Part shown: positions 9,742-18,889 of the stretch, in pieces
Numbering within the stretch: position 1 is the stretch's first letter
Layout: each line of letters opens with the position of its first letter
Source: Candidatus Omnitrophota bacterium
Lineage (GTDB): Bacteria; Omnitrophota; Gorgyraeia; Gorgyraeales; Gorgyraeaceae
Assembly: GCA_043814965.1 (NCBI GenBank)
Contig: JBDRJN010000014.1
Location: 3,084-67,083 of the forward strand
DNA length: 64,000 bases
Direction: 5' to 3'
The notes under the pieces: generated by a model
The model's database searches: none
Seen by the model: the letters and a program-made list of their open reading frames with translations, nothing else
Told to the model about the DNA's origin: nothing
Translations under genes and position numbers: made by a program

Positions 9742-9906
9742 TGTTGTTAGCTGGCGAGGTTTGAAAAAAGCCTTTTTGTTTTGCGAAACAACTGATCATG
9801 CATTACTGTAGAGTTGGCCTGTCAAAACAAAACGGAGCGAAGCCCAACTTTACAAATCACTAATTTTGGCTGAGCGTCTTTTTGAAGACCTCGCCAGCTA
9901 ACAACA
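9742..9906. repeat. 165-bp element bounded by perfect 19-bp terminal inverted repeats (TGTTGTTAGCTGGCGAGGT / ACCTCGCCAGCTAACAACA)
   Basis: Direct reading shows an exact 19-bp IR. Pairing extends imperfectly to about 35 bp. The interior holds a small hairpin TTGTTTtgcgAAACAA. It is intergenic between two heptosyltransferase genes. Confidence 0.6.
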
Positions 9907-9988
9907 TGCCCGCTCGAAAGAAAAATGCCTCTCAAACAGCGCGCATAAGCAGGTAAAGCTGGTTTTAAAAAAGTCAGGTTGTTAATAT

Positions 9989-10975
9989 ATGAACGCTATG
10001 AAAATGGATAATATAAATAAGGTCCTATTTATCACGCTTAGCAATATCGGAGATGCGATACTGACATTGCCGGCATTGACATGCCTTAAGGATAATTTTA
10101 AGGATGCCAAAGTGGATGTAGTAGCAGGTCCAAGGTCAAAAGAGGTCTTCATAAAAGACCCCTCGATAAATAAAATATTTATATACGATAAACACGCTTC
10201 ATTAAAAGAAAAAATAGGTTTTGTAAAGAACCTGCGGAAGGAAAGATATGACCTAGCGGTGGATATGAAGACGAGCCTTATGCCGTTATTGGCGGGCGCT
10301 AGATATAGGAATAGTTTGATTAGCTTCAAACCCTCAGGCCTTAAACATAAAAGGCTTATTCATTTAAACAAGCTAAGGGGCCTTGGCCTGGCCTGTGGAA
10401 CCAGGAGGAATATTTATATAGATCAGGGCGATAGATCGAAGATAGATAACATACTTAAACAAAAAGGCGCCAAGGATACTGATACATTGATCGGTATCAG
10501 CCCAAGCTGTTTAAGCTTGACTAAAGAATGGAGAATGGATGGTTTTATAGAAGTAGTAAAAGGGCTGGTCAAAAAAGCCGATACCAGGATTATTTTAATA
10601 GGAGAAGAGACAAAAAAAGATGTATCAGGGCATATCTTAAAGAGTGTATCCAGCGCTAACATTATTGACTTAACAGGTAAAACCGATCTAGGCGAACTTT
10701 TTGCCGCTATAGAAAGGATGAAGATATTAGTTAGTTGTGACAGCGCATCTATGCATATAGCAAGTGATTTAGGGATCAGGGTAGTAAGCATCTTTGGCCC
10801 GACAGATCCTCTAGAATATGGGCCTGCTGGCAAATACAGTGTTGTGATACAGAAAAAACTTGACTGTGTTCCATGTAAAAGGCCTGCTTGCAGGTTCAAT
10901 AATGAATGTATGGATGAGATAAAGCCAGAAGAAGTGATCGAGGCGGTAAATAAATTACTTGAAAGCAATATGTAG
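9989..10975 (+). CDS. ADP-heptose:LPS heptosyltransferase (GT9)
   Basis: VLFITLSNIGDAILTLPAL and CDSASMHIASDLGIRVVSIFGPTDP match GT9. Confidence 0.75.
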   Translation: MNAMKMDNINKVLFITLSNIGDAILTLPALTCLKDNFKDAKVDVVAGPRSKEVFIKDPSINKIFIYDKHASLKEKIGFVKNLRKERYDLAVDMKTSLMPLLAGARYRNSLISFKPSGLKHKRLIHLNKLRGLGLACGTRRNIYIDQGDRSKIDNILKQKGAKDTDTLIGISPSCLSLTKEWRMDGFIEVVKGLVKKADTRIILIGEETKKDVSGHILKSVSSANIIDLTGKTDLGELFAAIERMKILVSCDSASMHIASDLGIRVVSIFGPTDPLEYGPAGKYSVVIQKKLDCVPCKRPACRFNNECMDEIKPEEVIEAVNKLLESNM

Positions 10976-11009
10976 TATTTAGTATATAGTATGTAGTTGG
11001 GAGAATTGC

Positions 11010-12044
11010 ATGTTGGAGTTATCAAAAATAAAGAACATCCTTATAATACGGACTGATAGGATAGGCGATGTGGTGCTTTCTACGCCTACTATTACCGCTG
11101 CTAGAAAGGCCTTTCCTAAAAGCAGGATCTCTGTAATGGCCGCGCCTATAGCAAAAGAGCTTGTAGAAGGGAATCCTTATATAGATGAGGTCATTATATA
11201 TGATAAGAAAAAAGGCTTTTTAAGTGATATGGACTTTATCAGTAAACTGAAAAAGAAAAGATTTGATCTGGCGTTGATACTGCATACGACAAAAAGAATA
11301 AATATCATCACATATTTAGCGCGTATACCAAATAGAGTCGGCTATAAAAGGGGGAAATTCGATCTCCTTCTTACGAAAGGCCTGGAGTATACCAAAAGAT
11401 TCGGAGAAAAACATGAATCTGAATATTCTTTAGATATTCTGAGAGAACTAGGCTTAAATATAGAGAGTTATCCTCTATTCGTACCGATAGATAAAAAAAA
11501 GCAGGACGAGATAATGGGGTTACTCTACAAGAATGGCTTAAAAGAAGGCAAAGGATTTATTGTTATACATCCCGGAGCGAGTTCTCGGTCCAAGATGTGG
11601 CCTTTAGAATATTTTGCAGCATTAAGCGATAAGATGATCGAAAAATTTTCCTCGGAGATCGTGATCATATCTAGCGAAGACCAGGCGGATATAGGCTCAA
11701 GAGTAAAGTCACTGATGAAACATACTTCTATATCCTTATGCGGGAAGACTTCTGTGGGAGATCTAGCGCCATTGTTTAAAAAAGCGCTCTTAATGGTATC
11801 AAATGATTCTGGGCCTGTCCATATAGCTAGCAGTATAGGCTGCCCGGTCATATCGATATTTTCCAGAAATGAACCAGGGTTGGATCCTGCAAGATGGAGG
11901 CCATTATCAGAAAAAAGCAGTGTTTTTCATAAAGATGCGGGATGCCCTGTATGCCTTGCGCATAACTGCAAGAAAGATTTTTTATGCCTTAGGTCAGTTA
12001 CTGTAGAAGAGGTTTTGTCAAAAGTAGAGGAGCTATTTAAATGA
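11010..12044 (+). CDS. ADP-heptose:LPS heptosyltransferase (GT9)
   Basis: ILIIRTDRIGDVVLSTP and NDSGPVHIASSIGCPVISIF match GT9. Confidence 0.75.
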   Translation: MLELSKIKNILIIRTDRIGDVVLSTPTITAARKAFPKSRISVMAAPIAKELVEGNPYIDEVIIYDKKKGFLSDMDFISKLKKKRFDLALILHTTKRINIITYLARIPNRVGYKRGKFDLLLTKGLEYTKRFGEKHESEYSLDILRELGLNIESYPLFVPIDKKKQDEIMGLLYKNGLKEGKGFIVIHPGASSRSKMWPLEYFAALSDKMIEKFSSEIVIISSEDQADIGSRVKSLMKHTSISLCGKTSVGDLAPLFKKALLMVSNDSGPVHIASSIGCPVISIFSRNEPGLDPARWRPLSEKSSVFHKDAGCPVCLAHNCKKDFLCLRSVTVEEVLSKVEELFK

Positions 12045-12865
12045 TATCAAATAGGATCAGATCGTTATATATTTTGGTATTTATTGTTTTTATATCAGGA
12101 TGCGGGATCATAGGCCAGTATAAGATCGTCAGGCCTACTGAGGAGATAAAGATAGCGCATCCTCTTAAAGGCTTTAATGTTGGAGAGAGGTTTACTTATA
12201 AAGCAGAATGGCTTGGTATGGATGTAGCAGAAGCTACTCTTAGCGTAGAGGGTATTGAAAACATGAATGGCCGCAAGGCATATCGTATAGTAGGTACTGC
12301 TGCTACGACCCCCATTCTCTCCAAACTATATAAAGTCGAAGATAAGATAACAACTTATGTAGACGTAGAGTATCTGTACCCCTTAAAGTATGAAAAGATA
12401 CAGAGAGAAGGCGGTTATAGATCCGATGAATATATAGACTTTGACCATAAAAAAGGCAAGGCGTCTTATTTTTCAAGATTGAATAAAGGCAGAAAGGAAT
12501 ATAATATCCCTTCCGGAGTGTTGGATCCTTTGAGTTCGTTATATTACTTTAGGCTGCAAGAGGCCAAGGTGGGCACCAGCGTATTTGCAAATGTAAATGC
12601 TGACGAGAAAAATTATCTTTTGGATGCAAGGGTTATAAAAAAAGGCGTATTGACTATAAAAAATGTGGGCGAGTGGGATGCGTTTATGGTAGAGCCTCTT
12701 CCATGGTTTGGCGGCAAAGTAGAGAGAAAGGCAAAGGCGACTATCTGGTTTTCCACTGATGATAGAAGGATACCCCTTCTTATGCACATAAAAAGCATAC
12801 CTCTAGTAGGTACTGTGGTGATAAGTTTAAAGAAAATAGAGCAGCTTGACACTAAGTCAAACTAA
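12041..12865 (+). CDS. putative lipoprotein (DUF3108-like)
   Basis: Signal peptide plus lipobox (FISGCG). Globular beta-rich protein; the family assignment is by overall resemblance only. Confidence 0.4.
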   Translation: MISNRIRSLYILVFIVFISGCGIIGQYKIVRPTEEIKIAHPLKGFNVGERFTYKAEWLGMDVAEATLSVEGIENMNGRKAYRIVGTAATTPILSKLYKVEDKITTYVDVEYLYPLKYEKIQREGGYRSDEYIDFDHKKGKASYFSRLNKGRKEYNIPSGVLDPLSSLYYFRLQEAKVGTSVFANVNADEKNYLLDARVIKKGVLTIKNVGEWDAFMVEPLPWFGGKVERKAKATIWFSTDDRRIPLLMHIKSIPLVGTVVISLKKIEQLDTKSN

Positions 12866-12998
12866 TGCTAAAATGCTACAAATCAAATAAATAAACAAGT
12901 TACGAAATCAAAGCGCCTAAATTCGTCATATACTTGATCCGCTGAACTTTGAAGGCTGTTTTATCAGATAGTTTAGTGCGTGACAGTGGATAAAGGGG

Positions 12999-13961
12999 TT
13001 GGAGGGGTTGAATATGCCAGGAGATAGATCAAAGATAGACCTTTCAAAATTAAAAAGCTACCCTATATCAAAGAGAAAAAGCAAGGTAAGATACCAGGAT
13101 TTTGCAAAAGCTCCTTCCAAGGGGATGTCTTTTTTAGACTTCTATAAGGGCTTGCCGGATATATTGGCAGGGTCTAATTTTAGAAATATAGTAAAGGCTA
13201 TCGCGGAGGCTTGCAGGAAGAAGAAGCCTGTTATGGTGATGATGGGTTCCCACGTTATAAAATGCGGGCTTAACCCAGTGCTTATAGAGCTTATAAAGAA
13301 AGGTGTGATCTCATCCATTGCGTTGAATGGCTCTGGCGCGATACATGATTTTGAGATAGCGCTTATAGGGAAGACATCCGAAGACGTGGAATGCGCGCTT
13401 CAAGAAGGAAGTTTTGGTATGGCAAAAGAGACAGCTTTGTATCTCAATGGCGCGTTTGGAGAAGCAGTTGAGAGGGAGATTGGAGCTGGTGAAGCCATAG
13501 GGCAGGTAATAGAAGAAGAAAAACTTCCTTTTAAAGATCAGAGCCTTTTATATAATTGTTATAAACAAAAGATCCCCGCGACTATCCACGTTGCTATAGG
13601 GACTGATATTGTGCATCAACATCCGAGCTGCGATGGCGCCAATATAGGCGAGGCATCATTAAGGGATTTTCACAGATTTATAGAGGTAGTCTCAGGCCTC
13701 GGCAATGGAGGGGTGGTCTTAAATATAGGTTCAAATGTCATATTGCCGGAAGTATTTTTAAAGGCTTTAAATGTTGCGCGTAATCTGGGATATAAAGTAA
13801 AAGACTTTACAGACTGTAATTTTGATATGATAAATCATTATAGGCCTTATCAAAATGTTGTAAAGCGCCCTATTGTGTCTGGCGGCGCGGGATATACGGT
13901 CATAGGCCATCATGAGATAATGATACCGCTTTTGGCTCAGGCTGTTACAGAGTGTATATGA
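12999..13961 (+). CDS. conserved hypothetical protein
   Basis: Clean 320-aa ORF with good coding statistics between the heptosyltransferases and hldE. I recognise no family motif. Confidence 0.5.
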   Translation: MEGLNMPGDRSKIDLSKLKSYPISKRKSKVRYQDFAKAPSKGMSFLDFYKGLPDILAGSNFRNIVKAIAEACRKKKPVMVMMGSHVIKCGLNPVLIELIKKGVISSIALNGSGAIHDFEIALIGKTSEDVECALQEGSFGMAKETALYLNGAFGEAVEREIGAGEAIGQVIEEEKLPFKDQSLLYNCYKQKIPATIHVAIGTDIVHQHPSCDGANIGEASLRDFHRFIEVVSGLGNGGVVLNIGSNVILPEVFLKALNVARNLGYKVKDFTDCNFDMINHYRPYQNVVKRPIVSGGAGYTVIGHHEIMIPLLAQAVTECI

Positions 13962-14950
13962 GGCTTGGAATAAAAATGTCAAAAAATACTTTAAAAAATA
14001 TTATTTGTAAATTTACCGGAATAAATGTACTAATAATAGGTGACCTGATACTGGATGAGTTTTTATGGGGAGAGGTATCAAGGATCTCTCCTGAGGCGCC
14101 TGTTCCTGTGGTATGGGTAAAGAACGAATCTTTTATGCCAGGCGGAGCCGCGAACGTAGCGAACAACATAAGTGCATTAGGAGGCAAGGCGTATCTTGCG
14201 GGTGTTATCGGAGACGATGAAAGAGGCAGGATATTGAAGGGCTTTCTTCAGTCTAAAGGCATGGATGTAGAAGGGTTATTTATAGATACAAAGCGGCCTA
14301 CTACTCTTAAGACCAGAGTTATTGCTCATCACCAGCAGGTCGTAAGGATAGATAAAGAAAAGATGGATTCGATCGATAAGAATATAATAGATAAGATCAT
14401 CGAATATGTCAAAGAGATCATAGACGAGATAGATGTCGTTATAATAGAAGACTATGGAAAAGGTGTCATCACCCCAAGGCTTATTGAGTATATGATCAGG
14501 CTTACAAAGGCCCACAAAAAGATCATAACAGTCGACCCTAAAGAAGAACATTTCCACTATTATAAAGGTATCACGGCGATCACTCCTAATCTCAGCGAAG
14601 CCTCCAAGGCGACTGGTATAAAGACAACAGATAAGAACAGCTTGGACAAGATAGGCAAGGCGTTGCTTAAAAAATTAAAATGTGAAGCTGCGTTGGTCAC
14701 TCTTGGGGAAAACGGCATGCAGTTATTTGAAAAAAAAGGTACTATAAGGTATATACCTACTGTTGCGCAGGATGTATATGATGTCTCGGGCGCGGGAGAT
14801 ACTGTTATAGGGACATTTTCATTGGCTCTAGGCGCGGGAGCTAAAATGATAGACGCGGCTATTATTTCTAATATTGCGGCAGGTGTAGTAGTGGGAAAGG
14901 TCGGAACAGGCACTGTGACTAAAGAAGAACTGCTTTTAAGGATAAAATAG
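13952..14950 (+). CDS. hldE: D-glycero-beta-D-manno-heptose-7-phosphate kinase (HldE domain I / RfaE kinase, PfkB family)
   Basis: VLIIGDLILDEFLWG..ISPEAPVPVV, GGAANVANNI and DVSGAGDTVIG match the RfaE domain I signature. No adenylyltransferase domain is fused. Start codon is ambiguous (GTG 13952, ATG 13958 or 13976). Confidence 0.8.
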   Translation: MYMRLGIKMSKNTLKNIICKFTGINVLIIGDLILDEFLWGEVSRISPEAPVPVVWVKNESFMPGGAANVANNISALGGKAYLAGVIGDDERGRILKGFLQSKGMDVEGLFIDTKRPTTLKTRVIAHHQQVVRIDKEKMDSIDKNIIDKIIEYVKEIIDEIDVVIIEDYGKGVITPRLIEYMIRLTKAHKKIITVDPKEEHFHYYKGITAITPNLSEASKATGIKTTDKNSLDKIGKALLKKLKCEAALVTLGENGMQLFEKKGTIRYIPTVAQDVYDVSGAGDTVIGTFSLALGAGAKMIDAAIISNIAAGVVVGKVGTGTVTKEELLLRIK

Positions 14951-14953
14951 ATA

Positions 14954-15703
14954 ATGAATGCGATAGGTATTATCCCGGCTAGATATGGATCCACAAGGTT
15001 TGAGGGCAAACTCTTGGCAGACCTTTGCGGAAAACCAGTGATACAGCACACCTGGGAGAATGCCAAAAAATCAAAATCCATAGAGGATCTGATAATAGCA
15101 ACAGATGATAAAAGGATCTATAATCTGGCAAAAGGTTTTGGGGCAAATGTAACATATACATCAAAGGCGCACAAGAGCGGGTCTGACCGGCTCACAGAAG
15201 TAGTCTCTACCATTGACACAAAGATAGTTGTTAATATCCAGGCAGACGAGCCTTTTATCCATCCTACAATGATCGACGAGGTTGTGAGTCCTTTATTGAA
15301 AGACAAATCTATCCATATGTCCACGCTTTGTCATAAGATTAAAAATAGAGAAGAGCTTTTGGATCCGAATGTAGTAAAGGTAGTAGTAGATAGGTCTGGC
15401 CTTGCGCTGTATTTTTCGAGATCCCCCATACCTTACGATAGGAATAACTCCCTAAAGACAACGGGTTATTATAAACATATAGGATTATATGCTTATACCA
15501 GGGATTTTTTGTTTACTTTTAAGAGCTTGCCTCAATCAAGGCTTGAGAAAATAGAAAGATTGGAACAGCTTAGGGCATTAGAGAATGGATATAACATCAA
15601 GGTCTCAGAAACCAGGTTTGACACTGTAGGCATAGATACGCCTGAAGACCTAGAAAGAGCATATGAACTTATAAGGGGCGCAAAACAGCTTAGTTTTTTA
15701 TAA
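14954..15703 (+). CDS. kdsB: 3-deoxy-manno-octulosonate cytidylyltransferase (CMP-Kdo synthetase)
   Basis: IGIIPARYGSTRFEGKLLADLCGKPVIQHTWENA matches KdsB. Length is 249 aa. Confidence 0.9.
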   Translation: MNAIGIIPARYGSTRFEGKLLADLCGKPVIQHTWENAKKSKSIEDLIIATDDKRIYNLAKGFGANVTYTSKAHKSGSDRLTEVVSTIDTKIVVNIQADEPFIHPTMIDEVVSPLLKDKSIHMSTLCHKIKNREELLDPNVVKVVVDRSGLALYFSRSPIPYDRNNSLKTTGYYKHIGLYAYTRDFLFTFKSLPQSRLEKIERLEQLRALENGYNIKVSETRFDTVGIDTPEDLERAYELIRGAKQLSFL

Positions 15704-15736
15704 TAAATGATATCCGGAAATTAAAAAGGCGAAAAA

Positions 15737-16558
15737 ATGGTTAAAGTAATAAATGTAAATAAAATAAAGATAGGAGACAAAAGATCTTTGGTCTTGTTGG
15801 CGGGGCCTTGTGTTATCGAAGATGAAAGATCTACATTGTACCATGCGAGGGAGATCAAGAAGATCTGTAAGAGGTTAGATGTCCCTTTTATATTTAAGTC
15901 CAGCTATGATAAGGCAAATCGTTCCAGCATGAAGTCTTTCAGGGGGCTGGGTATCGATAAAGGCCTGGAGATCCTGAAAAAAGTAAAAAAAGATCTTTCT
16001 CTTTCTATACTTAGCGATGTGCATGATATAGGAGATATAAAAAAGGTAAAGGACACCCTCGATATTATTCAAATACCTGCTTTTTTATGCAGACAGACTG
16101 ATTTTATAATAGAACTTGCCAAGACGAAAAAGGTAATAAATATAAAGAAAGGCCAATTTTTGGCGCCTTGGGATATCAAAAATATAATAGAGAAGATTGT
16201 AGCCGGGGGAAAAAACAAAAACATCATCATTACAGAGAGAGGCGTTAGTTTTGGCTATAATAATCTTGTGAGCGACATGAGGTCTCTACTCATCATGAGG
16301 GGATTCGGCTACCCTGTTATTTATGATGCGACCCATAGCGTTCAGCTTCCAGGCGGGAGGGGAAAGGACTCTGGAGGTGAAAGGATGTTTGTCGCTGGAT
16401 TGAGCCGTGCAGCAGTCGGTATGGGATGCGACGGCTTGTTTCTGGAAGTACATAAAGATCCCGACAAAGCACTTTGTGACGGGCCCAACATGATAGGCCT
16501 TAAGGAATTAGAGAAAATATTAAAAGATACAAAAAACATAAAGAGGATCGTCTCATGA
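15737..16558 (+). CDS. kdsA: 2-dehydro-3-deoxyphosphooctonate aldolase (Kdo-8-P synthase)
   Basis: LLAGPCVIEDE and the DAHP/KDO8P synthase fold motifs are present. Length is 273 aa. Confidence 0.9.
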   Translation: MVKVINVNKIKIGDKRSLVLLAGPCVIEDERSTLYHAREIKKICKRLDVPFIFKSSYDKANRSSMKSFRGLGIDKGLEILKKVKKDLSLSILSDVHDIGDIKKVKDTLDIIQIPAFLCRQTDFIIELAKTKKVINIKKGQFLAPWDIKNIIEKIVAGGKNKNIIITERGVSFGYNNLVSDMRSLLIMRGFGYPVIYDATHSVQLPGGRGKDSGGERMFVAGLSRAAVGMGCDGLFLEVHKDPDKALCDGPNMIGLKELEKILKDTKNIKRIVS

Positions 16559-17514
16559 TCAAAAAAATAGCCAAAGAAGTCTTAAAAGTAGAATCAGAAG
16601 CTATTAAAAAGATATCCTCTCATATCAATAAAGATTTTGAAAAAGCGGTAAATATTATCTTTAATTCAACAGGGAGGGTGGTTATAACAGGTATGGGCAA
16701 AGCAGGCATAATAGGAGAAAAGATCTCCGCAACTCTTGCCTCTACGGGAAGCCCTAGCCTGTATTTACATGCAGCTGAAGCTATACACGGAGACCTGGGA
16801 AGGGTTGTTAAAGAAGATGTTGTGATAGTCATGTCAAATAGCGGAGAAACGCAAGAGATAGTAAAATTGATACCGCATATCAAGAAAATAGGGTCCAAAC
16901 TTATAGCCATAACTGGAAATGTGCGTTCAACTCTTGCCAGAAATAGCGATGCTGTCCTGGATGTCTCTATTAAAATAGAAGCTTGTCCTCTAGGCCTTGC
17001 GCCTATGGCAAGCACGACTACAATGCTTGCCATGGGAGACGCGCTTTGCGCCGCATTGATGCATAAAAAAGGTTTTAAGGAAAAGGATTTTGCGTTTCTT
17101 CACCCAGGCGGAAGCCTTGGCAGAAAACTTCTTTTGACAGTAGAAGACATAATGAGAAAAGGAAAATCCAATCCTATAGTGAAAGAGGACGATCTTATAA
17201 AGGACGTGCTTTTGGTTATCACTGCATCACGTGCAGGCTCGGCAATAGTAGTAGATAGGTCCGGCAGAATAAAAGGCGTATTTACAGATGGTGACCTGAG
17301 AAGGAATCTGGAAATAGGCATGGATCTATTAAATACAAAGGTCAGCAAGGTAATGACCAAAAAACCAAAAACTATTAAAAGAGGCTGTTTAGCGGCAGAG
17401 GCGCTTAGGATATTAAAAGAATCCAAAATAGATGAGATACCTATTATAGATGAGAAGTCAAGAGTCATAGGCCTTGTAGATGTCCAGGATCTTTTGAAGG
17501 CAGGCCTTGTATGA
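16555..17514 (+). CDS. kdsD: arabinose-5-phosphate isomerase (SIS + tandem CBS)
   Basis: The SIS motif VVITGMGKAGIIGEKISATLASTGSPS is followed by CBS domains at the C-terminus. Confidence 0.85.
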   Translation: MIKKIAKEVLKVESEAIKKISSHINKDFEKAVNIIFNSTGRVVITGMGKAGIIGEKISATLASTGSPSLYLHAAEAIHGDLGRVVKEDVVIVMSNSGETQEIVKLIPHIKKIGSKLIAITGNVRSTLARNSDAVLDVSIKIEACPLGLAPMASTTTMLAMGDALCAALMHKKGFKEKDFAFLHPGGSLGRKLLLTVEDIMRKGKSNPIVKEDDLIKDVLLVITASRAGSAIVVDRSGRIKGVFTDGDLRRNLEIGMDLLNTKVSKVMTKKPKTIKRGCLAAEALRILKESKIDEIPIIDEKSRVIGLVDVQDLLKAGLV

Positions 17515-18026
17515 TAGAAGACAGGGCCAGGAAGATAAAACTATTGGTGCTGGATGTAGACGGTGTTTTGACAGACGGACGTATAATATATGATAACTTT
17601 GGGAATGAGATAAAATGCTTTAATGTATTGGACGGGTTTGGAATAAAGCTTTTAAAAGATGCTGGCATAAAACCAGCCATTATTACTGCAAAAAAGACAA
17701 AGATCGTCAAGCGCAGGGCAAAAGACCTAGGTATAGAGCATGTATATTATGGATTTGATAAACTTTCTCTCTATCAGTCTCTTATAAAGAGACTGAATAT
17801 TAAAGATGAAGAGGTATGTTTCATGGGGGACGACCTTTTCGATCTAGCAGTACTGAAAAAAGTTGGTTTTTCAGCATGTCCGCCAAATGCAGTAGAAGAA
17901 GTAAAGGAGACAGTTCATTATATTACGGAAAAAGAAGGCGGAAAAGGTGCTGTAAGAGAGCTTATTGAAGTTATTCTGAAGTCCAGGGATGAGTGGGGTA
18001 GTGTGGTCTCGAGCTATTCTATATAA
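17511..18026 (+). CDS. kdsC: Kdo-8-phosphate phosphatase (HAD-IIIA)
   Basis: LLVLDVDGVLTDGRIIYDNFGNE..KCFNVLDG matches the HAD motifs of KdsC. Confidence 0.85.
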   Translation: MIEDRARKIKLLVLDVDGVLTDGRIIYDNFGNEIKCFNVLDGFGIKLLKDAGIKPAIITAKKTKIVKRRAKDLGIEHVYYGFDKLSLYQSLIKRLNIKDEEVCFMGDDLFDLAVLKKVGFSACPPNAVEEVKETVHYITEKEGGKGAVRELIEVILKSRDEWGSVVSSYSI

Positions 18027-18036
18027 AAAGGCGTTC

Positions 18037-18064
18037 TTGACTACACAATATTATGATATATACT
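18037..18064 (+). promoter_or_regulatory. putative sigma70-type promoter for the response-regulator/kinase genes (TTGACT-16-TATACT)
   Basis: TTGACT at 18037-42, a 16-nt spacer, then TATACT at 18059-64. An AGGAGG RBS lies 6 nt before the ATG at 18103. Confidence 0.4.
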
Positions 18065-18102
18065 TTATATACGTAAGATAATATATATTCAGGAGGTGCG
18101 GT

Positions 18103-18474
18103 ATGGATAGAAAAGTAGTTCTAGGGGTAGATGATAACGATGATATCTTAAAGATGTTACAGATAAGGACTGAAGCGGAGGGCTATGAATTTATTCCTGC
18201 CCGCGACGGGGAGGATATGCTCAATCTTTTAAATAATGGCAAGAAGCCCGATATCATAATTTTAGATATCATGCTTCCCAAAATGGATGGGTACAGCGCC
18301 CTTAGAGAGATGCGGAAAGAGGACGCCTTTAAGGACATCCCTGTAATAGTACTTACTGCAAAAAAGAAGGAAGAAGTTGGAAGCTTGTTTGCTTTGGAAG
18401 ATATAGCTTGTTTTATGGAAAAACCTTTTAGATTTGATGAGTTATTTAAAAAGATAAAAGATATTGTAGGATAA
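18103..18474 (+). CDS. single-domain response regulator (CheY-like receiver only)
   Basis: 123 aa with the acidic pocket DD..D (VDDNDD, IILDIMLP), a conserved T (LTAKK) and a K. No output domain. An AGGAGG RBS is present. Confidence 0.8.
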   Translation: MDRKVVLGVDDNDDILKMLQIRTEAEGYEFIPARDGEDMLNLLNNGKKPDIIILDIMLPKMDGYSALREMRKEDAFKDIPVIVLTAKKKEEVGSLFALEDIACFMEKPFRFDELFKKIKDIVG

Positions 18475-18513
18475 ATTTTTTTCTATACTTTATTATATTT
18501 TAAGGAGGCAGTA

Positions 18514-18888
18514 ATGCTTGAAACCAAGAAGATCATGATAGTTGATGATGAAGAGGATATACGTAGATTGCTCAAGATAAGGCTAGAACGAGAAGGCTTT
18601 GAGCTTGTTATCGCTGAAGACGGAGAGATAGGCCTGAGATTGGCTGAGGCTGAAAAACCCGACTTGATCGTGCTTGATATCGTAATGCCCAATATGGACG
18701 GATATACATGTCTTAAAGAACTTAGAAAGCTCCCTACGACAAAAGACATCCCTGTTATTATGTTCAGCGGTAAAGAAGAAGATAAGGTAAGAGACTTGTT
18801 TGCATTCCAAAAGATAAGCGCATATATTGAAAAACCATTTGACCTAGAGGATTTGATCAATAAGATAAAAGAAATACTCAAGGTGTAG
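18514..18888 (+). CDS. single-domain response regulator (CheY-like receiver only)
   Basis: 124 aa with IMIVDDEED, IVLDIVMPNMDG and FSGKEE. It is a second receiver paralogue with an AGGAGG RBS. Confidence 0.8.
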   Translation: MLETKKIMIVDDEEDIRRLLKIRLEREGFELVIAEDGEIGLRLAEAEKPDLIVLDIVMPNMDGYTCLKELRKLPTTKDIPVIMFSGKEEDKVRDLFAFQKISAYIEKPFDLEDLINKIKEILKV

Positions 18889-18889
18889 T

